Positions 21,259-28,668 of a stretch of 64,000 bases of DNA are shown piece after piece. The notes beneath the pieces were generated by a model that saw only the letters and a program-made list of their open reading frames with translations, had not been told where the DNA came from and ran no database searches. The stretch is from an uncultured Clostridia bacterium (GTDB lineage: Bacteria > Bacillota > Clostridia > TANB77 > CAG-508), in contig CAQPRV010000107.1 of assembly GCA_948857205.1 (NCBI GenBank), positions 9,272-73,271 on the forward strand. Direction: 5' to 3'. A program made the position numbers and the translations under genes. The stretch's first letter is position 1; each line of letters begins with the position of its first letter.

Positions 21259-21867
21259 ATGAAATTAACAAGTAACAAAGCATTAGAAATACTAGAAAAT
21301 TTTAGAGGAACAACTCAAAGTGATAAATGGATAAATCATTGCATTTGTGTAGGAAATACAGCAGGAAAAATTGCTAAAGCTTTAACTGAAAAAGGTTACA
21401 ATGTAGATATAGATAAAGCAATATCACATGGATATGTTCATGATATTGGAAAATATAGTGATAAACCACAGAGTCATGAAATGAAAGGTTTTGAATTTTT
21501 AAAAGAAAAAGGTTTTGATGAAGATTATTGTAACATCTGTTTAACACATTCATTTTTGAATAATGATATTATTTGTACAGCTGGTGGTGTTCCAGATCTT
21601 GCAAAAAATCCATTTTTAACTGAATTTATAAAAAACCATGAATATACAATGGAAGAAAAAATAGTAAATTTATGTGATTTAATGTGTACAAGTATAGGAA
21701 ATGTTTTTACAATAGATAAAAGACTAATTGATCTTATTATAAGAAAAGGTGGTCATCCAAATACACAATATCATGTAAAAAAAACATATAAATTAAAAGC
21801 ATATTTTGATGATTTATTAGGATATAATCTTTATGATTTATTTCCAGAAATAAAAGAAAATTTGTAA
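21259..21867 (+). CDS. HD/HDIG-domain phosphohydrolase
   Basis: NHCICVG ... HGYVHDIGK. The start lies 2 nt after the preceding stop. Confidence 0.75.
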   Translation: MKLTSNKALEILENFRGTTQSDKWINHCICVGNTAGKIAKALTEKGYNVDIDKAISHGYVHDIGKYSDKPQSHEMKGFEFLKEKGFDEDYCNICLTHSFLNNDIICTAGGVPDLAKNPFLTEFIKNHEYTMEEKIVNLCDLMCTSIGNVFTIDKRLIDLIIRKGGHPNTQYHVKKTYKLKAYFDDLLGYNLYDLFPEIKENL

Positions 21868-22051
21868 AATAAAATTAAAGTGGATATATTTTTCTTCTAT
21901 AAACATTGAAATATAAGCCTTTAAAAATTTCACTTGTATCTATTTTCAAAACAAATAAAATGTTATATAATCTATGTAGTAGCAATTAACATGCAGATTG
22001 CTACTACAAAACTATATAAAAAAATAAGTAAACACATTTTGAACTAAAATG

Positions 22052-22095
22052 AATAAATATAAATTATCTTCGGACAATTTATATTTATTTTTTTC
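22052..22095 (+). terminator. Rho-independent terminator insulating the cargo operon from the recombinase region
   Basis: Arms aataaatataaattatc / gacaatttatatttatt with loop ttcg, followed by TTTTT. Confidence 0.65.
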
Positions 22096-22124
22096 GTTCA
22101 TAAACTTATGTAGAAGGTGATTCA

Positions 22125-22283
22125 ATGCAAAAAAACACATTACAACCTAAAGTAACAAATATATATGATGAAAATGGCTTAACACTTACAGAATTAATGC
22201 AAGAATGGTTAAATGAAAATTATTTTTTTTGGAATTTAAATAATGATAAAAATGAAATAAAATATAAAGGTATAAATAAATAG
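22125..22283 (+). CDS. Small ORF (52 aa) immediately upstream of the recombinase gene
   Basis: GAAGGTGA SD 5 nt before the ATG. Sequence MQKNTLQPKVTNIYDENGLTLTELMQEWLNENYFFWNLNNDKNEIKYKGINK. It is below the track's size cut-off and has no recognisable domain. Confidence 0.3.
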   Translation: MQKNTLQPKVTNIYDENGLTLTELMQEWLNENYFFWNLNNDKNEIKYKGINK

Positions 22284-22317
22284 TTATCGTAAATTTAAAC
22301 TCTGGGAAGGAGGCAAA

Positions 22318-23868
22318 ATGCAAGAGTTAAACTATAACTTTCCCCCTACTTATTTTAAAGTAGGAATCTACACAAGACTTTCAAGAGAAGATGAAAAAGA
22401 CAAAGAATCTGAAAGTATTGATACACAAAAAAAGTTACTAACAAACTATATAAACAGTCAAGGTTGGACTTTATTTAAAATATATGTAGATGATGGATTT
22501 ACTGGTACAAATTTTAATAGACCAGATTTTAAAAATTTAATCAATGATATTGAACTTGGAAATGTAAATTTAGTCATTACAAAGGATTTATCAAGACTTG
22601 GCAGAGATTACATTGAAACAGGCTATTATTTGGAAAAATATTTTCCATTAAAAAATGTAAGATATATTGCCTTAAATGATGGAATTGATACATTTGACAA
22701 TAATAACACAAATAATGATATGACACCATTCAAATCAGTGTTTAATGATATGTATGCAAAAGACATTTCAAAAAAAGTTCGATCTAGCTTACTAACGAAA
22801 GCATCCAGTGGACAAAACATCAAATCTTTTTTGCCTTATGGCTATAAAAAAAATGAAAAGGACAAAAATATCATTTTAGTAGATTATGAAGTCTCTCCTA
22901 TTGTTCAAAAAATATTTGAAATGTATTATGCTGGAAACAATAAAACCCAAATATGTAGATATCTAAATAATAATAAAATACTAACACCACTTGCATATAA
23001 AAGAAAAACTACAAACTATTATAATCCAAACAATAAAACCAATTTATGGAGTACAACTATGATTTCTAAAATTCTTAGAGATAGAATTTATACAGGAGAT
23101 TTAGTACAACATAAATATAGCAAATTAAATTACAAAACTAAAAAAATTATTGATGTACCAAAACAGCAACATATTATTATTGAAAATAATCACAAACCAA
23201 TCATTGATAGAAATATTTTTAATAGTGTTCAAATTATGCTTGATAAAAAATCAAATGAATGGAATTATACCGCTTCTTCTCCTCATTTGTTACAAGGGCT
23301 AGTTTTATGCAAAAAGTGTAAATCAAAAATAACCTATAATAAAAATCATGGAAAATATTTTAGATGTGTGTGTTCTTCTTATAAAAGAAATGGTAGTAAA
23401 TTTTGCTCCAATATCCATTTAAGAGAAGATACTTTAATTAGTAGTGTAATTACTAGTTTGAAAGAAAACATTTCTGATTTTCTAAAATACGATGAATTAG
23501 AATATATCTGTCCTAATACACAAATAGATAATAAAAAATTAGATTATTTGAATTCTAAAATAACTGAAAAGGATGATTTGATCCAGTCTTTATATGAAGA
23601 TAAAGTAAAAGGAATTATCACAGAAGATTTATTTATCAAACTTTCTAAACAATATGAAGTAGATAAAAAAACTTTACTAAATCTAGTTCAAAAAGAAAAA
23701 GAGATTAATAAGAATACAATAAAAAAAGAAGATTTAATCTGTAATGTGAAAGAATTATTAGATTTTAATGAAAATAACCTAGATAGAAATTTGCTTTTAA
23801 AATTAATTGATAAAATAGAAATAGATGATGACAATATTGAAATTTATTATAAATTTAAAGCCATTTAA
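22318..23868 (+). CDS. Large serine recombinase (SpoIVCA/SprA/TnpX class)
   Basis: VGIYTRLSREDE catalytic-Ser motif and the resolvase core LVITKDLSRLGRDY. The recombinase domain is followed by a Cys-rich zinc ribbon (CKKCKSK...FRCVCSSYKRNGSKFCSN) and a C-terminal coiled coil. GGAAGGAGG SD. Confidence 0.9.
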   Translation: MQELNYNFPPTYFKVGIYTRLSREDEKDKESESIDTQKKLLTNYINSQGWTLFKIYVDDGFTGTNFNRPDFKNLINDIELGNVNLVITKDLSRLGRDYIETGYYLEKYFPLKNVRYIALNDGIDTFDNNNTNNDMTPFKSVFNDMYAKDISKKVRSSLLTKASSGQNIKSFLPYGYKKNEKDKNIILVDYEVSPIVQKIFEMYYAGNNKTQICRYLNNNKILTPLAYKRKTTNYYNPNNKTNLWSTTMISKILRDRIYTGDLVQHKYSKLNYKTKKIIDVPKQQHIIIENNHKPIIDRNIFNSVQIMLDKKSNEWNYTASSPHLLQGLVLCKKCKSKITYNKNHGKYFRCVCSSYKRNGSKFCSNIHLREDTLISSVITSLKENISDFLKYDELEYICPNTQIDNKKLDYLNSKITEKDDLIQSLYEDKVKGIITEDLFIKLSKQYEVDKKTLLNLVQKEKEINKNTIKKEDLICNVKELLDFNENNLDRNLLLKLIDKIEIDDDNIEIYYKFKAI

Positions 23869-23971
23869 ACTTTTAAAACCAAATTCTAATAAATTCACAA
23901 TAGAGATTGTAAATTCAATTTGAACTTGCTATAATATACATATAAATTACAAAGAAAGGAGCTGATTAATT

Positions 23972-24268
23972 ATGTCTGAAGCACAAATTCAAGCAATCAA
24001 AGATGTTATTAAAATGACACCAAGACTTAATACAGAATGTCTAAACTCTATTAAAATTCTAATGGAAAAAGCAATTGATTCTGAACTATTAAGACTAGAA
24101 CCTACTGTCATTTTAGAAAACATGGATATTACAGAAAAAGTAATGTATTTAGACTATTTAACAGAAAGCAAAGATACCAAAGAAAAAGAACTAAAAAATG
24201 CAGTATCTTTTGAAGAAATACTACAAAGAGAGGGGTTGACTTATGATGATTTACAAGATAAAAATTAG
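23972..24268 (+). CDS. Putative antitoxin (called by position; overlaps the toxin start)
   Basis: 98 aa and acidic. TTGTAA-17-TATAAT promoter and AAAGGAG SD upstream. It overlaps the RelE-like ORF by 26 nt. No domain recognised. Confidence 0.4.
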   Translation: MSEAQIQAIKDVIKMTPRLNTECLNSIKILMEKAIDSELLRLEPTVILENMDITEKVMYLDYLTESKDTKEKELKNAVSFEEILQREGLTYDDLQDKN

Positions 24269-24492
24269 ACCTAAAGCTCTCAAATTTATTGAAAAACAAG
24301 ACAAAATTCAAAGACTACGAATTTACAAAGCAATTTATAACCTGCCAAATGGCGATATAAAGAAAATGGTAGGTTGTAAAAATGAATATCGACTTAGAAT
24401 TCGGCGATTATCGAATTATTTATGAATTAAATCAAAATGAACTTATCATTTTAGTAACAAAAGCAGACAACAGAGGACAAGCCTATAAGTAA
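24243..24492 (+). pseudogene. RelE/ParE-family toxin, frameshifted
   Basis: IYKIKIRPKALKFIEKQDK...NEYRLRI, then a frame break near 24402. The canonical continuation GDYRIIYELNQNELIILVTKADNRGQAYK* is in the adjacent frame. Removing one base (the C at 24402) restores RLRIGDYRIIY. Confidence 0.8.
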
Positions 24493-24554
24493 TAATTTTT
24501 TAATTTTAAAATCTTTAAAATTAAACTCTAAATTAAATTTTATTCAAGCAGAGT

Positions 24555-24920
24555 TTAATAAGCTACTCCCAAAACAAACGAAACCCATGGTTCTTCTAAC
24601 CATCTCCACTTATTACAAGGGTAATTAATAGTAAGAGGTCCATAAACTTTTTGGTATTTATCTTTTAATTCTTTAACTTGTTTAGCATATTTTCTATGCA
24701 AACAAAGAGCTCTTTGATCATCTGGATGCGTATCTAAATATAAAGCAAGCTCAGTAATTGCAAAATCATAACATCTAATTTGTTCAATCATTTCTCTTCT
24801 AACGTCGCAATCTATTGTTCTTTCTGGTTCACAGTCGCAACCACATCCACAACTATTATTATTAACAGTTACTTCTTCCATATTGTTGCAACCACAATTT
24901 CTATTTTCGTTTATTGACAT
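24555..24920 (-). CDS. cotJB: Spore coat protein CotJB, interrupted: the native C-terminus is replaced by 9 element-encoded residues
   Basis: FAITELALYLDTHPDDQRAL and KWRWLEEPW are CotJB signatures. After EEPW the ORF reads VSFVLGVAY* from element DNA. Confidence 0.85.
   Translation of the reverse strand: MSINENRNCGCNNMEEVTVNNNSCGCGCDCEPERTIDCDVRREMIEQIRCYDFAITELALYLDTHPDDQRALCLHRKYAKQVKELKDKYQKVYGPLTINYPCNKWRWLEEPWVSFVLGVAY
24562..24600. other. Right recombination junction of the intervening element (att-like)
   Basis: Minus strand: GTTAGAAGAACCA-TGG-GTTTCGTTTGTTTTGGGAGTAGCT. Confidence 0.65.
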
Positions 24921-25267
24921 TTATTACACCCCTTTCCAATTACATTTGTAGCTTCAATAAATCTTTGTTGTTCCATATCTTGACAAGGAACATAAGGACT
25001 AACTAATTCAGGGAATATAGTACCCATTTTTAGACCAACACAAGGCTTAAAGGTTTTATCCATATATTGAAAAGGAACATAACTTTGTGCTAGCATAGGA
25101 TTTTCAGGGAATACATTATATTCTTCGTCAAATCCACAATCACAACTATTACTACAATCTTCATATGAAACAACATTATTACATTTATCTTCAATTATAT
25201 CATTGTGTAGTTCACATGAATTATCTTTGTAGCTATTATTCATACAGTAACATTTTCTTCTAAACAT
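24911..25267 (-). CDS. cotJA: Spore coat-associated protein CotJA
   Basis: LAQSYVPFQ...GLKMGTIFPELVSPY is the CotJA signature. It overlaps the cotJB start by 10 nt. AAAGGAGG SD. Confidence 0.85.
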   Translation of the reverse strand: MFRRKCYCMNNSYKDNSCELHNDIIEDKCNNVVSYEDCSNSCDCGFDEEYNVFPENPMLAQSYVPFQYMDKTFKPCVGLKMGTIFPELVSPYVPCQDMEQQRFIEATNVIGKGCNKCQ

Positions 25268-25363
25268 TTTTATTCCTCCTTTTATATAATTATATGAATT
25301 AATTCGACAAAAGTTACATGCTTTACTTAAAAATTTATTTTTATAGTTTTTTTAATTAAAGTA

Positions 25364-25418
25364 TTGACAAAAAAAGAAAGATATCATATCATGAACATAT
25401 GAACATATAATCATATGA
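25364..25418 (+). promoter_or_regulatory. Promoter plus a putative ArsR/SmtB operator
   Basis: TTGACA at 25364, 17 nt, TATCAT. Then CATATGAA-CATATGAA-CATATAA-TCATATGA direct/palindromic repeats overlap the start region. Confidence 0.4.
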
Positions 25419-25450
25419 AAACATACAATATATAAAAGGAGGAAAATAGA

Positions 25451-25738
25451 ATGCCAAAAGATGAAATAATATATGACTTAGCAGAATTTTTCAAAGTATT
25501 TGCAGATTCAACTAGGATGAAAATCATATATGCATTAATGGAAAAAGAGCTATGTGTATGTGACATAGCAAAAATAGTAGGAACAACACAATCAGCGATA
25601 TCACATCAATTAAGAGTATTAAAACAATCAAAACTAGTAAAATTCAAAAAAGAAGGAAAAGAGGTAATCTACAGTTTGGATGATGATCATATAGCAGAAA
25701 TAGTAAAGAAAGGTTGTGAGCATATTGAAGAATTATAG
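25451..25738 (+). CDS. ArsR/SmtB-family metal-sensing repressor (CadC-like)
   Basis: ELCVCDIAKIVGTTQSAISHQLRVLKQSKLV (metal-binding CxC plus wHTH). Confidence 0.9.
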   Translation: MPKDEIIYDLAEFFKVFADSTRMKIIYALMEKELCVCDIAKIVGTTQSAISHQLRVLKQSKLVKFKKEGKEVIYSLDDDHIAEIVKKGCEHIEEL

Positions 25739-27778
25739 ATATACCTTAGAAGGTTTAGACTGTGCAAATTGTGCAAAAAAAATAGAAGATAAAATAGCAC
25801 AAACAGAAGGATACGAACAAGTAAATGTAAATTTTTCTACATGTAAGCTAACTTTTCAAACTAGCAAAAAGGAAAACATAAAAAAAGAAATAACAAATCT
25901 TGTACAAAGTTTAGAACCAGAAGTAAAAGTTTTAGACGAAAAAGATAAAGAAGAACAAGCTGAAAGAACAAATACAGAATAATAATTGGAATTGCAATTT
26001 TTATGCTTGCAGAATATATATTTAGACAAAATAGTAACAATTACAATAAAAATAGTAGCTATAATAATATTATTATCTAAGACAACCAAAAAGGCCTTTA
26101 AACAAATAATAAAAAACAAAGTCCTTGATGAAAATACTTTAATTTTAATATCTGTTATTGGAGCATTTTTTGTAGATAAATCATTTGAAGGAGTAATGGT
26201 TATAACCTTATATGAAATAGGAAAAATATTAGAAGCAAGAGCAGTTAATAAAACGAGAAAATCAATATCAAATTTAATGAATATAAAGCCAGAATACGCA
26301 AACCTAAAAAATGGGGAAGAAGTACTACAAATAAATCCAGAAGAAGTTAAAATAGGGGATATAATTCTAGTAAAAGCAGGGGAAAAAATCCCATTAGATG
26401 GAAAGGTAGTAAAAGGTAAAGCAGAGATAGATAATTCAGCATTAACAGGAGAAAGTGCACTAATAAAAGTAGAAGAAAAAACTAAGGTATTATCAGGAGG
26501 AATTAATGTACAAGGTTTAATAGAAATTCAAGTAGAAAAAACTTATGAAAATAGTACTGTAAGTCAAATATTAAACTTAGTTGAAAATGCAACAGATAAA
26601 AAAGCAAAAACAGAAACATTTGTAGCAAAAGCTGCAAAAATTTATACACCAATAGTATTAGGGTTAGCGTTAATAGTTGCAGTATTTCTTCCAATCTTAC
26701 AAAATAATATAACCTATAGTCAAAGTATTTATAAAGCACTAATATTTTTAGTAATATCATGTCCTTGTTCAATTGCAATATCAGTACCATTAAGTTATTT
26801 TAGTGGAATAGGAAAGGCATCTAAAAAAGGAATACTTATAAAAGGAAGTGATTATTTAGATGGTCTAAAAGATATTGGAGAAATTGTATTTGATAAGACA
26901 GGGACAATTACAACTGGAAAATTTTTGGTAAGTGAAATACAAGCAATAGATAATAACTATAATGAAGAAGAAATATTAAATTACTTTGCAAAAGGAGAAA
27001 GTTTTTCAAATCATCCAATTGCAAAATCATATTAAATAAAGTAAACAAAGAAATAGATACAACACAAGTAAAAGAATTTAAAGAAGTTTCTGGAAAAGGG
27101 CTTCAGTACAAATATAAAGAAAAAGAAGTTAAAATAGGAAATGCAGGTTTTGTTGGATTAAAAGATAATTTAAAAGTAGAATTAGGAACAATATTATATT
27201 TAAAAATAGATGAAAAAATAGTAGGAAAAATAATTTTAACAGATGAAATAAAAAGAGATGCAAAAACAACAATAGAACAACTAAATAAAAATAATATAAG
27301 AACAAAAATGTTAACTGGAGATAGAAAAGAAATAGCCAATAAAATTGCTAAAGAGATTGGAATAACCGAAATACAAGCAGAGATGTTACCACAAGAAAAA
27401 TATTTAGAGCTAGAAAAATTAATAAAACAAACTACAGGAAATAAAAAAGTTGCATATGTAGGAGATGGAATAAATGATAGCCCAGTATTAGCAAGAGCTG
27501 ATATAGGAATTTCAATGGGTGGAATAGGTTCAAGTTCAGCAATTGAAGCATCAGATATTGTAATAATGACAGATGAATTATCAAAAATAGTTGAAGCTAT
27601 AAGAATATCAAAAAAGACTAATACAATAATAAAGGAAAATTTATTATTTTCAATAGGAATTAAAATACTAATTTTAGTATTAAGTTTATTTGGAATAACA
27701 GATATGTGGGAAGCAGTATTTGCAGATGTTGGAACAACACTTATTACTATATTTAACACAATAAGAATATTAAAATAA
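25716..27778 (+). pseudogene. Heavy-metal (Cd/Zn/Co-type) P1B-ATPase, disrupted by at least three frame changes
   Basis: HMA domain GLDCANCAKKIE, TGESALI, CPC (ISCPCS), DKTGTITTG, HP (SNHPIAKS), GDGINDSPVLARAD. Frame switches occur at about 25964..25979, about 26020..26030 and about 27027..27033. Track ORFs 25716, 25986 and 27308 are fragments of one gene. Confidence 0.85.
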
Positions 27779-27834
27779 AAAAGCTTATACAATTTAGTTC
27801 ATATTATAAAAGGTAGAAGGTATTTAAAAAAATT

Positions 27835-28521
27835 ATGGAAGAAGAAATAAAAAAGAATTTATTTGAATTAGCAGACGAAAGATATAAAGAATTTCATGGA
27901 GGACTATGTCCTGGAGTAAACAATATAATTGGTGTTAGAGTACCAATACTTAGAAAATATGCAAAAGAATTAATAAAAGAATATCCAATAGAGAATTTAT
28001 TACATCAGATAAAGGATGAATATTATGAAGAAAAAATGTTAAAAGGTATGATAATAGGATTAGCAACTGAAGAAGATTTTAACACAATTCTTAATTATAT
28101 ATATGACTTTGTTTCAAAAATTGATAATTGGGCAATCTGTGATGTATTTAGTGCTGGTCTAAAAATAACAAAAAAGAATAAAGAAAATATGTGGAATTTT
28201 TTACAACAGTTTTTAAAATCAAAAAAAGAATTCGAAATACGTTTTGGTGTTGTTATGATTTTAGATTATTATATTGAAGAAGAATATTTAAATAAAGCTT
28301 TTGATATATTTGATAAAATTAATAGTAAAGATTATTATGTACAAATGGCTATAGCTTGGGCAGTTTCCATTTGTCTAATTAAGTATTATAATAGAACAAT
28401 TGAATACTTAAATAGATGTAATTTAGATAAATTCACTTATAATAAAGCTATACAAAAAGCAATAGAATCTTATAGAACAACTGATGAACAGAAGCAATTT
28501 TTAAGAAAAATGAGACAATAG
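27835..28521 (+). CDS. DNA alkylation repair protein (AlkC/AlkD-like HEAT-repeat family)
   Basis: ADERYKEFHGGLCPG..NIIGVRVPILRKYAKEL and W.ICD are typical of the family. Confidence 0.75.
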   Translation: MEEEIKKNLFELADERYKEFHGGLCPGVNNIIGVRVPILRKYAKELIKEYPIENLLHQIKDEYYEEKMLKGMIIGLATEEDFNTILNYIYDFVSKIDNWAICDVFSAGLKITKKNKENMWNFLQQFLKSKKEFEIRFGVVMILDYYIEEEYLNKAFDIFDKINSKDYYVQMAIAWAVSICLIKYYNRTIEYLNRCNLDKFTYNKAIQKAIESYRTTDEQKQFLRKMRQ

Positions 28522-28548
28522 AGATAAACTTTATTTGTCTCATTTTTT
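28507..28548 (+). terminator. Rho-independent terminator
   Basis: Arms aaaatgagacaa / ttgtctcatttt plus a T-run. Confidence 0.7.
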
Positions 28549-28668
28549 CGACACTTTTATAAGAAAAAAATGAATATCTTACTTTACTTTATAAAAAGAT
28601 ACTTTTTTTCCTAAAAACCTTTGCTAAAAAAAACTTTTATGATATAGTATAAAAATAAAAAAAAATTT

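Larger units (their letters stand above)
18896..24587. mobile_element. ~5.7 kb intervening/integrated element inside cotJB, with a large serine recombinase
   Basis: The element is bounded by a shared TGG (plus-strand CCA at 18893..18895 and 24585..24587). Imperfect terminal inverted repeats are gttttcgttttgtttggagg and the reverse complement of the right end, gtttcgtttgttttgggag. It contains a recombinase, a TA module and a cargo operon. Confidence 0.75.

Noticed and set aside
25303-25309. Perfect Spo0A-box (TGTCGAA on the minus strand) and a CATATAAT -10-like element upstream of cotJA
   Set aside because: Given the base composition, I estimate several chance occurrences of such a 7-mer in 64 kb counting both strands. 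It cannot be distinguished from background without experimental or comparative data.
25986-27035. Track ORF beginning MELQFLC... treated as an independent gene
   Set aside because: The 'Met' is a TTG directly after TAA TAA. The sequence is the middle of the P1B-ATPase, whose TM1 (RIIIGIAIFMLAEYIF) is readable in the adjacent frame just upstream.
27103-27792. 229-aa ORF on the minus strand
   Set aside because: It is antisense to the C-terminal part of the cadA-like ATPase, which has clear motifs on the plus strand. Its Ile/Ser/Phe-rich composition is typical of mirror-frame ORFs in AT-rich DNA.
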